A program made the position numbers and the translations under genes. Positions 55,496 to 64,000 of a stretch of DNA of 64,000 nucleotides are shown piece by piece. Numbering within the stretch: the stretch's first letter is position 1; every line of letters starts with the position of its first letter. Origin of the DNA: a virus; the IMG/VR virus record IMGVR_UViG_3300028800_000002, positions 32,001 through 96,000 of that record; one strand, 5' to 3'. The notes beneath the pieces were generated by a model. It made no database searches, was not told where the DNA came from, and saw nothing but the letters and a program-made list of their open reading frames with translations.

Positions 55496-56749
55496 TTAGG
55501 TCCTTTGCTCCAAGTATTTACCGAGGCCGCTGTCTGCCAATGGCACAAGTACCAGATTGGCTGCTGCCTTGATTGCGGATTTCCCGGAAGCGTGCCCTAG
55601 ACGTTCCTTGATGAGTCCTTCCACCGCTGGAATTACAATGTCAGACAGCTCAGCGTCAAGCAGCTTGGCAATTGCTTTCCATGCCAGTGGGGCAAGGTCC
55701 TCTTGTTCTGCTCGAGTGGGGCGCTGTCTGACGTAGGCTACAGCCCCAGTATAGGCCGCAAGTACAACGTCCAGACGATCTTTGTTGATTTTCCATTTGC
55801 CGTTGAGAACGTCGAGGGGCTTGGGAAGGTCCGCCTCATGGAAGTAGCGAATGAGTTCTTCAGCAGCCCCGGATCCTACGCAGGCTTCAATCATGGCATC
55901 TCGGATTCCATCGCTCTTCTCTAGGATTCTTGCGGTGGTCCATGCCCTAGTGGCAAAGTCCCATGTGCGGTGAGAGGGCCATGCCTTGCCACAGTTCGGG
56001 TCACTCATTGGCGGGCGTTTGTGCAGCAGTGATGGATTGCTCTCGATGAAGCCAGCGAACAGGCTTTGTGCTTCAGGGTAGAGGTTTGGCCACTCATCGA
56101 TGACAGCCTTCTCGATGTCGTCCAGCGAACCTTGCAGGCGCACCGCGGAAGATCCCATAAGCCACGTGGTCCATTCGCGCGCATCTGGCCCTGGGTCTGT
56201 GATGTGGATGAATCGATTCGCTAGCGGTGGTGAAAGACGGAAGCCACAGGCTGCAATTTCCTCTGGATTCATGGCTGCAAGGATGCGCACACGGTGGGGA
56301 ATGTCCAAGTCTCCGGTGTGTCGTTCATGGATCAAGCTCATCAGCGCTCCCTGCGTTGCAGGCATAGCGCCGTTGATTTCATCGAAGAACAGAATTCCTA
56401 CCTTCTCTTTGACCATTCTCCGTATCTGAGGAAGAGGGGCGATATGGGTTGCATCACCTTTCCCGTCAGGGATGAGAGCTCCACCGAAGTCTTCTGGAGG
56501 ATGGGGCGCTGCGTAGATTGTGGACAGGTGGGTTTGCAGGGATGCAGCAATTCCCTTGATGCGTGCCGTCTTGGCGATGCCGGAATCCCCTTCAATGAGC
56601 AGTGGTAATCCCCATTTGCAGTCTGGCTTGCCTGGGTAGCCATCCATCGGCGCGGATACGGAGACTTCAATAATCTCATCGACCTCTGAGCTCTTGAGTG
56701 TGGCTCCAGACAATGCGCTTGCGGGTGCGGTAACTTTCTTAGCGGCCAT
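55496..56749 (-). CDS. MoxR/AAA_5-type AAA+ ATPase
   Basis: Walker A EGDSGIAKT, Walker B FFDEI, AAMNP, PLANRF, PSHRTW. Confidence 0.9.
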   Translation of the reverse strand: MAAKKVTAPASALSGATLKSSEVDEIIEVSVSAPMDGYPGKPDCKWGLPLLIEGDSGIAKTARIKGIAASLQTHLSTIYAAPHPPEDFGGALIPDGKGDATHIAPLPQIRRMVKEKVGILFFDEINGAMPATQGALMSLIHERHTGDLDIPHRVRILAAMNPEEIAACGFRLSPPLANRFIHITDPGPDAREWTTWLMGSSAVRLQGSLDDIEKAVIDEWPNLYPEAQSLFAGFIESNPSLLHKRPPMSDPNCGKAWPSHRTWDFATRAWTTARILEKSDGIRDAMIEACVGSGAAEELIRYFHEADLPKPLDVLNGKWKINKDRLDVVLAAYTGAVAYVRQRPTRAEQEDLAPLAWKAIAKLLDAELSDIVIPAVEGLIKERLGHASGKSAIKAAANLVLVPLADSGLGKYLEQRT

Positions 56750-57355
56750 TCATGATCTCCATTTTCTTTCGAATATATCGTCTACAGTTTGTACGTCGAA
56801 GCCAGCTACGGGTTCAATCCCTTCCGGCCATAGTGGGTTGTCCCTGTTTTCATCGAGATGGTACAAGCACCCAATGCAGATGTGCTTTGGGTCATCGTTG
56901 TCCATGTTGACAAATACTGGGCTGTGCCTGCAGTCTGGGGCTCGTTCCGACCAGTGTATTTCTCCAAAGTGAAGAAGCCCCACTAGCTCATTGGGCAGCA
57001 CATCGCTGCGGCAGATATCGCACAGTATTATGCCGTTTGGATGTTCGAGCGGTGGTAGATCCTCGTGCATTTCAACGAGCTCTTCTTCTGCACTCTCCCA
57101 ACAATCGAAGCAATAGAATGCTGGTTCATACCTGCAGTTACCATCGGAGGCCAATACATCCAGGTGTTGTACTTCTGCACCCACGATCACTGGCCGTACG
57201 ATTCGAAGTAGGAATACTTCTGCAACCATTCCGATTTCTTCGATACACTGAACGCAGAAGCAACCGGTGGGCTCTTCCAGTATTAGCTCTTCGGTGTCTT
57301 CAGAATCGTCCTCCACTTCCTCTTCCTCTATGTGGTCAGCTACAACCTGCTCCAT
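56750..57355 (-). CDS. Acidic protein with four CxxC pairs
   Basis: CVQC, CFDC, CDIC, CIGC. Confidence 0.7.
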   Translation of the reverse strand: MEQVVADHIEEEEVEDDSEDTEELILEEPTGCFCVQCIEEIGMVAEVFLLRIVRPVIVGAEVQHLDVLASDGNCRYEPAFYCFDCWESAEEELVEMHEDLPPLEHPNGIILCDICRSDVLPNELVGLLHFGEIHWSERAPDCRHSPVFVNMDNDDPKHICIGCLYHLDENRDNPLWPEGIEPVAGFDVQTVDDIFERKWRS

Positions 57356-57951
57356 AGGTGCGTCCTTTCTCTTCCGTGCGTTCTTTCAATGCTTCGCCAC
57401 CTTTGCTGCACAGTCTCCAGGCGGGTGTCTGGTCCAAAATTCCCAGCTGTGTCGTAGTCCCAAAGTAACAGCATTGCCTCTATGAAGTCGTTGTATTTTC
57501 CGTCGTGAACGCGCCGCTCGAAGTTTGTTCCTTCTGGCAGGCAGGATCCCTCTGGATATTGCGCGCGAAGGACTAGTTCATGTTCGAACAAATCGTCGAC
57601 CAAGTCCTCAGTATCCACGCAGAGCCCAATCCACCCAGCTTCCCCAGGCTCCAGGTATTCACTACCAAGCCACTTGCACCAGGTACCTGGCTTGGATTCC
57701 TCAACGAGCACCTCTAAGTCTCGTTGGTTGCAGAAGGTTACGAACCCTTTTTGGTCTAGGACCCTAGCTCTAATTCCTCCAACGGCCCTACCGGCAACTG
57801 GTAGGTATAGCCCTTGGATGGTCCATTCACGTTCGGGTATTGTTGGGTCTATGAATGTAACTCCCACCAGACCCATTGTATTTTCTAGTATGTTCGTGCC
57901 GGGCAGTACTGCCAGTTCCCTTTGCTCAACTGCAAACGGGTTTACGAGCAT
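57340..57951 (-). CDS. Hypothetical protein
   Basis: SD GGAGG; operon packing. Confidence 0.65.
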   Translation of the reverse strand: MLVNPFAVEQRELAVLPGTNILENTMGLVGVTFIDPTIPEREWTIQGLYLPVAGRAVGGIRARVLDQKGFVTFCNQRDLEVLVEESKPGTWCKWLGSEYLEPGEAGWIGLCVDTEDLVDDLFEHELVLRAQYPEGSCLPEGTNFERRVHDGKYNDFIEAMLLLWDYDTAGNFGPDTRLETVQQRWRSIERTHGRERTHLWSRL

Positions 57952-58045
57952 TTGCCACCTCCATCTCGAGCAGGAAATCTTGCATTCTCAGGATGATTCC
58001 ATTCAGTAGGCCAGCGATAAACGCCCAGATCAGGAGAGCCTTCAT
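57926..58045 (-). CDS. 39-aa hydrophobic peptide
   Basis: MKALLIWAFIAGLLNGIILR...; GAGATAAGA 5 nt upstream. Confidence 0.45.
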   Translation of the reverse strand: MKALLIWAFIAGLLNGIILRMQDFLLEMEVANARKPVCS

Positions 58046-58052
58046 GTAATTC

Positions 58053-58217
58053 TTATCTCGGATTGTTCCTGGTGTTTTTTGCTGCCTGTGCCGATTCGTT
58101 TTGGTTGACACCGAACAGACTTGCCACCAAAGTCTCGTAGCGTTGGCCGGTACTTTGTGAAGTAACTTGCTTCTTTTTGCCTCGTTGAGTAGTCTTAGTA
58201 GGCACACGCTTTTCCAT
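58053..58217 (-). CDS. 54-aa basic peptide
   Basis: MEKRVPTKTTQRGKKK...; GAGATAAGA 6 nt upstream. Confidence 0.45.
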   Translation of the reverse strand: MEKRVPTKTTQRGKKKQVTSQSTGQRYETLVASLFGVNQNESAQAAKNTRNNPR

Positions 58218-58304
58218 CAAAGCTCTTATCTCGGTGTTTCTGCAGTCCTTGCGCATATTCCATGAGCGGTTGCCTGGAGGGTGCGGTTATACTCTGGAGA
58301 ACGC

Positions 58305-61300
58305 ATGTCGTACCTGGATCCAGTCGAAGCCTTTGAACATTACCGGGATCGTTCTCTTGAAGCGATTCGAAGTCAGTTCCCAGTCGACGGGCGTAACCAA
58401 GTCTTGGAATTGGAGAAACTCGAGGTTCAGGACAACTTAGATCCTGACGATATTCGGAGCCAGCATCAAGCCAAGGTGAGCGGACAGACTTGGGGTGTGC
58501 CCGTTGTTGCTCATCTGATTTTGAGAGACAAGCTCACCGGTAAAGAAGTCCGTGCCAAGACTAGGATTGCCGATTTGCCTAAAGTCACCTGCCGGCACAG
58601 CCAGATAGTTTCGGGGCAAGAGTACCAGGTAGACAACCAGTGGCAGCTCAAGCCTGGCGCCTATGTGCGCCGTAAGCAGACTGGTCAAATAGAGACGCAG
58701 TTTCAGTCAACTAGGAAGCCATCCTTCAAAGTCACTTTTGACGATGAGTCGAAGGAATTCCGTGTTGAGTTCGGTACCAAGGCGCGCATTCCGTTGTACC
58801 CGCTGCTATCCACGCTGGGGGCATCCGACGCGGATTTGGAGAAGACTTGGGGCAAGGATATTCTTGCGGCCAACAAGGGTGCTCGTAACGTTGCGGGCGC
58901 CGTTGACAACTTTTACCGCACCACGCGTAGGGTAGACCCTCCGTCGCAAGCTGCTGCTATCAGCAATGTAACGCAGCACTTCAAGGACTTCGATTTGCGA
59001 CCTGACGCTACGGCAGTTACATTGGGTCGCCCAGCGGATCATGTAGACAGTGATGTTCTGCTGCGCGCCACCCGCAAAATGATTGATGTGCATGGTGGTG
59101 CTCCAGAGGATGATCGTGATTCTCTGATCTTCAAAGACCTGCGCAGCGTGGGGGATTTTTCCTTTGAAAAAATTCTCAAGGAAGGCCCTGCCATTCGCCG
59201 TAAGATGCAGCGCCAAATCAACGATGCGTCGTCGCCTAGGGATGTGGTTCGGCTCGAGGCCTTCAACAAACCCATCCGTGAGACCTTCTACAAGAATTCT
59301 GCCGCGCAGGTAGCCAAGCAGGTGAACCCTGTCGAGATGTTATCTGCTGCGCAGCAGACCACGGTTATGGGCCCTGGTGGAATTCAGTCGGAGAATGCCA
59401 TCCTAGACGAGGTGAAGTTCATCAATCCCTCGCACATGTGCTTCTTGGATCCTATACATACGCCTGAGGGAAGTAAGACTGGCATTACGCTGCGAATGCC
59501 CTTAGGTGTGCGTAAACATGGGATGGAGCCTCAGGTTCCTCTCTACAACACGCGTACAGGAACCACTGACTATGTGGGGCCTGCCACGTTCCTTCGTTCA
59601 CGCGTGGTGTTACCTGACCAAGTCGAGTGGCATGGAGATCACCCTGTGCAAAAGGGTCCCATGGTGAAGTGGTCAGCCCCTGGCAATGAGATTGCTGAGG
59701 GGCACTTGAAAGACGCCGACTACGTGATGCGTCATCCTTCGCAGTTCTTCAACGTCACGAGTAATCTCATTCCGTTTGTAGGCAATACATCAGGCGGCAG
59801 AGCCTCGATGGCCACTCGGCACATGGAGCAGGCCATTTCTCTTGAGCATAGGGAATCCCCCTTGGTTCAGGTGGGTACGGGACGAGACTGGCCTGGGGCC
59901 AGCACCTTTGAAGAGGTAGTTGGTACACAGGCCTCGCACCATGCCCCTGTGGCCGGCACCGTAAAGAAGGTCGGAACGGATGCCATTGTAGTTACCGACG
60001 AAGCAGGGCACGACCATGAAGTCCAGACGTATCGGAACTACCCGCTCAACGACGCGAAGTCCGTGCTGGATTCTACTGCGTTGGTCAAGCCTGGCGACCA
60101 CGTAAAGAAAGGGCAGGTGATTGCCGATACCAACTTCTCAAAGAACGGCGTCATCGCGCTGGGTACAAACTTGCGCGTGGCCTATATTCCATTCAAGGGC
60201 TACAACTTCGAAGACGGGGTCGTTGTTAGCGCTAGCGCTGCCAAGAAGTTGAGCAGCGTGCATTTGCACAAGCACAACTTGTCTGTTGACGACGACACCA
60301 TTCTGGCAAAAAGTCGTTTCCTTACGCAGCACATCGGTCTTTACAACAAAGACCAAGTCAGCATGATAGGAGACGATGGCGTTGTCCGTGTTGGCTCACG
60401 CGTGCAGCCAGGAGACCCGCTGATCTTGGCTATGAAGAAGACCACTGCCCAGGATCGCACTGGGTTGTCTGCCATCCGTAAGAGTCTGGGGGACCAGTTC
60501 TCGGATCAGTCATTGACTTGGCACGGGGAAGGTCCGGGAGAAGTTGTTGGATCTTTTCGGCACGGCGGCGAAGTAATTGTTCACGTCAAAGCCATTGAGC
60601 CCATGCAGGTGGGCGATAAGCTTGCAGGTCGTTACGGCAACAAGGGCATTGTCACCAAAGTGGTACCCGACGCGGAGATGCCACATACGAAGGATGGGGA
60701 CCCAATTGAGGTTGCACTCAACCCTTCAGGGGTGCCTGGTCGTATGAATCTTGGGCAGGTGTTCGAGACGGCAGCGAGCAAGATCGCGAAAAAGACTGGC
60801 AAGCCTTATGTAGTGAACAACTTCAACGGCTCTAACCAACTTGCCAAGTTGCAGAAGGAACTCAGCGCCCATGGCATTTCAGACACAGAAGTTCTCATTG
60901 ACCCAGTAACAGGGCACACGCTTGGACCAGCCATGGTCGGCTACCAGCACCTTATCAAGTTGCACCACCAGGTGGACAAGAAGGTCTCTGTGCGCTCTGG
61001 ACTCAATCTACCAGGGCAAGAGCCAGGTCGTTATGACATCAACATGCAGCCTTCCGGGGGCGGACACGCCGGCGGGCAGTCCATGGATCCGTTGGGTCTT
61101 TATGCGATGCTGGCGCACGGGGCCCGCGCCAATATCCGTGAGATGCAGACGTGGAAGAGCGAAGGCCCCGACATGTCGACTAGTCCCCAGAAGCAATGGC
61201 AGAGCCAGCATCATGATGTGTGGGATGCCATCCAGCATGGGGACGCGCTCCCAACACCCAAGCCCACCTTTGCCTTCAAGAAGTTTACAGATATGTTGAT

Positions 61301-64000
61301 TGGCGCTGGCATCAACATTGAAAAACGTGGGCATGAGCTTGTACTGTCCCCGTTGACGGATGCCCAGATCAAGAACCTCACGGGGGATCGTGTTCTGCCT
61401 AAGCCTGCCGAGCTGCTATACGCAAAGATCGACGCGAAAACTGGGGAGCCTCGCCCTAAGCCCGGTGGGCTCTTCGACGAGAAGCTCACTGGCGGGCATG
61501 GCGGCAAGAAGTGGAGTCGGATTGAATTGTCCGAGCCAGTTCCGAACCCAATTTTCGAGAGCTCGATCAAGGCCATTACTGGTTTGAGTTCGGATGCATA
61601 CATGTCACTAGTGGAGGGTCGTCGTGCAATTGACGCTGCCGGGCATGACGTTCCTGTTGGCAAGGGGCTGACTGGAGGAGCCGCGATTCAGCACTTGCTG
61701 TCGAATATCAACGTGGACTCCGCGTTGCGTGTAGCTAAGAAGGAGTTGAGCACGGTCCCCGCATCCAAGGTGGATTCTACGCTCAAGAAGGTCAAGCGTC
61801 TTCAAGCGCTGCAGCAGGCTGGAATGTCTCCAGCGGAGGCGTACGTGTTGCACAACCTCCCTGTGTTGCCTCCTGCAATGCGCCCGATCCCAGTATTACC
61901 TGATGGAAACTTCAGTGTTTCCGATATCAATGAGTTGTATTCCCAATTTGCCCAGGTGAATTCTCAATTGGGTGACCCAACGCTGATCCACAACCTGACA
62001 GAGGAGCAGAAAGTACCGTTACGTGCAGGCGTCTATGACGGCGTAAAGGCCCTGCAGGGTATCGGAGTCCCATATGCCGATGCTCAGTACAAAGGACTCA
62101 TTCATCAGATCCACGGGGCTCAGCCGAAGACTGGGTATTTCCAGAGCACGCTAATCAGCCGCAAGCAAGACCTCAGCATGCGGTCAACTATTGTCCCAGA
62201 GCCTTCCCTTTCTCTGGATGAGGTTGGGTTGCCGGCGGAGCATGCCATGAAGTTGTTTGCTCCGTTCGTTGTTGGGGAGTTGAAGAGGTCTGGCGTGTCG
62301 GCCACTGTTCTTGATGCGCAGAAGTTAGTTGCTAAAAACACGGTGTCCGCCCAGCGCGCATTGCGCACGGTAATGAAGGATCGCCCAGTGCTATTGAAGC
62401 GAGACCCAGCCCTGCACAAGTACAGCATCCAGGCGTTTCGCCCCAAAGTCGTTGAGGGAAATGCTGTCAAGATCCATCCCTTGGTTACTGGCGGTTACAA
62501 CGCGGACTTCGATGGGGATACTATGAGCGTGTTCGTGCCGATCAGCGATGAGGCAGTCGCAGAGGCTCGGAAGATGTTCCCCTCGAACAACTTGTTTAGT
62601 GAGGCCACAGGTAGTGCGATGTACCAACCTACGTTGGAATCTGCGCTGGGGTTGTACAAGCTTTCGCGTGTGAATGATGGCAAGGCTCATGATATGTCAC
62701 ACCCTGCAGCAGCGTTACTCGCGGTGCAGAGCGGCAAGATCAACGTCAATGACAAGGTAAAGATTGGCTCCCAAGTAACAACGCCAGGACGTATTCTAGT
62801 TTCCGCAGCACTACCTGAGCCCATGCAGAAGAGAATGCTTGAGGACTTGACTTTCAGCTTGGATAAGAAGGGGCTAGGCAAGCTCCTAACTCAAGTTGGT
62901 AAGGAGCATAGTAGCGACTACTCTGGTGTTGCTGATAAGCTCAAGGACATTGGGAATGGGGCCTCTAGCGGCGTTGTGACCGTGGAGCATGATGGGTTTG
63001 TTGGCGCTGACCGATTGGATCCTTCGAAGCGCATGTACATCCCTGTGGGTGTGCACACGCTAGGGTTGGAGGATTTGGCTCCTGATATTACTACAAGGGA
63101 ACGGGTACTAGGTCCTGCGCGTAAGAAGGTTGAGGCTATCGAGAATAACCCGCACATGCAGGGTGCACGGGGAGATCGAGAGATCGTCAAGATTTGGGCA
63201 GATGCCACTAGCGAAATGAAGCAGGAGCATTTATCGCGGCATGCGGGCACGCCAAACAACTTGATGACGATGCACTTGTCTGGCGTGAAGCCAGGTTGGG
63301 ATCAGTACAAACAGCTGACGTTGGCACCTATGCTTGTGAAGGATGCTTCGGGCAGGACCATTACGACCCCGATCATGCACAGCTACGCCGAAGGATTGGA
63401 TACCGGCGAGTATTGGACGCAGATGCATGGCGCTAGGCACGGAGCCGTAATGAAGGTGCAGGAGGTGCGTGAGCCAGGTTACCTCTCCAAGTTGATGATG
63501 GCCAACACCATGGATATGGTGGTCTCCGGGCACGACTGCCACACTGAGCGAGGGATTTCTCTCCCAGTAACTGAGGACAGCGTGCACGATAGGTTTCTCC
63601 AGAAAGATTTTTCGGCTAAGGGCATGCATGTGGAGGCAGGTACACTGCTTACGCCTGACATAGTCTCTAAGATGCGTTCAGCTGACAGGAACGCCAAGAT
63701 TGAAGTGCGCAGCCCGCTGAAGTGTGAGCATGCGAAAGGCGTCTGTCAGAAGTGCATGGGCATCGCGTCAACCGGGCAATTACATGGGGTAGGGGAGAAC
63801 GTCGGTGTTGTCTCTGCCCAGTCGCTCGGAGAGCGCGCTATGCAGTTGACGCTGCGCGTATTCCACACGGGAGGTTCCGTGGATGTAGGCGGCGGCTCTA
63901 AGGCGTTGGGAGGTTTTGACCGTTTCAACGAGCTGATGACACTCCCAAAGAAGCTACCCAATTCCGCCACGCTGGCGATGCGCACAGGCGTTATTGAGAA
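58305..64000 (+). CDS. rpoBC: Fused beta-beta' DNA-directed RNA polymerase (3'-truncated by the window; not in ORF track)
   Basis: One frame with SD GGAGA and ATG at 58305. beta motifs: GPGG, HTPEG, GYNFED (YNFED at 60201), GDKLAGRYGNKG (60612). beta' motifs: RDPALH, YNADFDGD (NADFDGD 62499-62519), RSPLKC..CQKC, QSLGERAMQLTLRVFHTGG. Confidence 0.97.
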   Translation, partial: MSYLDPVEAFEHYRDRSLEAIRSQFPVDGRNQVLELEKLEVQDNLDPDDIRSQHQAKVSGQTWGVPVVAHLILRDKLTGKEVRAKTRIADLPKVTCRHSQIVSGQEYQVDNQWQLKPGAYVRRKQTGQIETQFQSTRKPSFKVTFDDESKEFRVEFGTKARIPLYPLLSTLGASDADLEKTWGKDILAANKGARNVAGAVDNFYRTTRRVDPPSQAAAISNVTQHFKDFDLRPDATAVTLGRPADHVDSDVLLRATRKMIDVHGGAPEDDRDSLIFKDLRSVGDFSFEKILKEGPAIRRKMQRQINDASSPRDVVRLEAFNKPIRETFYKNSAAQVAKQVNPVEMLSAAQQTTVMGPGGIQSENAILDEVKFINPSHMCFLDPIHTPEGSKTGITLRMPLGVRKHGMEPQVPLYNTRTGTTDYVGPATFLRSRVVLPDQVEWHGDHPVQKGPMVKWSAPGNEIAEGHLKDADYVMRHPSQFFNVTSNLIPFVGNTSGGRASMATRHMEQAISLEHRESPLVQVGTGRDWPGASTFEEVVGTQASHHAPVAGTVKKVGTDAIVVTDEAGHDHEVQTYRNYPLNDAKSVLDSTALVKPGDHVKKGQVIADTNFSKNGVIALGTNLRVAYIPFKGYNFEDGVVVSASAAKKLSSVHLHKHNLSVDDDTILAKSRFLTQHIGLYNKDQVSMIGDDGVVRVGSRVQPGDPLILAMKKTTAQDRTGLSAIRKSLGDQFSDQSLTWHGEGPGEVVGSFRHGGEVIVHVKAIEPMQVGDKLAGRYGNKGIVTKVVPDAEMPHTKDGDPIEVALNPSGVPGRMNLGQVFETAASKIAKKTGKPYVVNNFNGSNQLAKLQKELSAHGISDTEVLIDPVTGHTLGPAMVGYQHLIKLHHQVDKKVSVRSGLNLPGQEPGRYDINMQPSGGGHAGGQSMDPLGLYAMLAHGARANIREMQTWKSEGPDMSTSPQKQWQSQHHDVWDAIQHGDALPTPKPTFAFKKFTDMLIGAGINIEKRGHELVLSPLTDAQIKNLTGDRVLPKPAELLYAKIDAKTGEPRPKPGGLFDEKLTGGHGGKKWSRIELSEPVPNPIFESSIKAITGLSSDAYMSLVEGRRAIDAAGHDVPVGKGLTGGAAIQHLLSNINVDSALRVAKKELSTVPASKVDSTLKKVKRLQALQQAGMSPAEAYVLHNLPVLPPAMRPIPVLPDGNFSVSDINELYSQFAQVNSQLGDPTLIHNLTEEQKVPLRAGVYDGVKALQGIGVPYADAQYKGLIHQIHGAQPKTGYFQSTLISRKQDLSMRSTIVPEPSLSLDEVGLPAEHAMKLFAPFVVGELKRSGVSATVLDAQKLVAKNTVSAQRALRTVMKDRPVLLKRDPALHKYSIQAFRPKVVEGNAVKIHPLVTGGYNADFDGDTMSVFVPISDEAVAEARKMFPSNNLFSEATGSAMYQPTLESALGLYKLSRVNDGKAHDMSHPAAALLAVQSGKINVNDKVKIGSQVTTPGRILVSAALPEPMQKRMLEDLTFSLDKKGLGKLLTQVGKEHSSDYSGVADKLKDIGNGASSGVVTVEHDGFVGADRLDPSKRMYIPVGVHTLGLEDLAPDITTRERVLGPARKKVEAIENNPHMQGARGDREIVKIWADATSEMKQEHLSRHAGTPNNLMTMHLSGVKPGWDQYKQLTLAPMLVKDASGRTITTPIMHSYAEGLDTGEYWTQMHGARHGAVMKVQEVREPGYLSKLMMANTMDMVVSGHDCHTERGISLPVTEDSVHDRFLQKDFSAKGMHVEAGTLLTPDIVSKMRSADRNAKIEVRSPLKCEHAKGVCQKCMGIASTGQLHGVGENVGVVSAQSLGERAMQLTLRVFHTGGSVDVGGGSKALGGFDRFNELMTLPKKLPNSATLAMRTGVIE

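Noticed and set aside
58305-64000. Host chromosomal rpoB-rpoC locus, or a misassembled host fragment
   Set aside because: No rplKAJL/rpsL/fusA neighbours, strongly divergent and shortened sequence, and phage genes immediately upstream.
1-64000. Alternative genetic code (stop-codon reassignment)
   Set aside because: TAA, TAG and TGA all end tightly packed, full-length genes; conserved enzymes are not fragmented.

Overview
A 64 kb internal segment of a large, probably contractile-tailed dsDNA phage. No host housekeeping context, integrase, tRNA, rRNA or CRISPR array is visible. Layout: (1) + strand 1-8241: HerA-like ATPase (5'-truncated), pyrimidine nucleotide enzymes (5'-deoxynucleotidase, MazG-like, dCTP deaminase), then an FGE/SUMF1-fold protein, a transglycosylase-like protein and a GH25 muramidase. 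(2) + strand 8394-31102: baseplate and several tail-fibre/receptor-binding genes, interrupted by an antisense Gly/Thr/Cys-rich lipoprotein gene, an antisense Zn-finger gene and a holin-lipoprotein-lipoprotein-papain-like peptidase cassette. (3) - strand 31145-48073: replication/recombination arm (RusA-like, Cas4-like, minimal NTase, Hjc-like, RecA, HU, PolA, SSB, DnaG, DnaB, UDG-like, SF2 helicase). (4) + strand 48233-53764: head-module genes including a probable portal. (5) - strand 53823-58217: vWA-metallopeptidase/MoxR ATPase cassette. (6) + strand 58305 to beyond the window end: one uninterrupted ORF of at least 1898 codons, absent from the ORF track because it has no stop in the window, encoding a fused beta-beta' multisubunit-type RNA polymerase. 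It lacks the beta' N-terminal zinc-binding domain and has a remodelled rifampicin pocket. Two promoter-like motif classes partition the genes: a GAAA-N-CG(G/A)G(W)ATAAGA motif mostly before non-structural genes, and extended -10 TGnTAnnnT elements before lysis/structural genes. Other candidates: a -1 programmed frameshift (31539-31545), a structured small RNA (9064-9128), a palindrome cluster upstream of the helicase, and K-x-A motif enrichment in a head-module protein. Lipoprotein and SUMF1 styles suggest a myxobacterial host (inference). All family assignments come from motif recognition by eye, not database searches.
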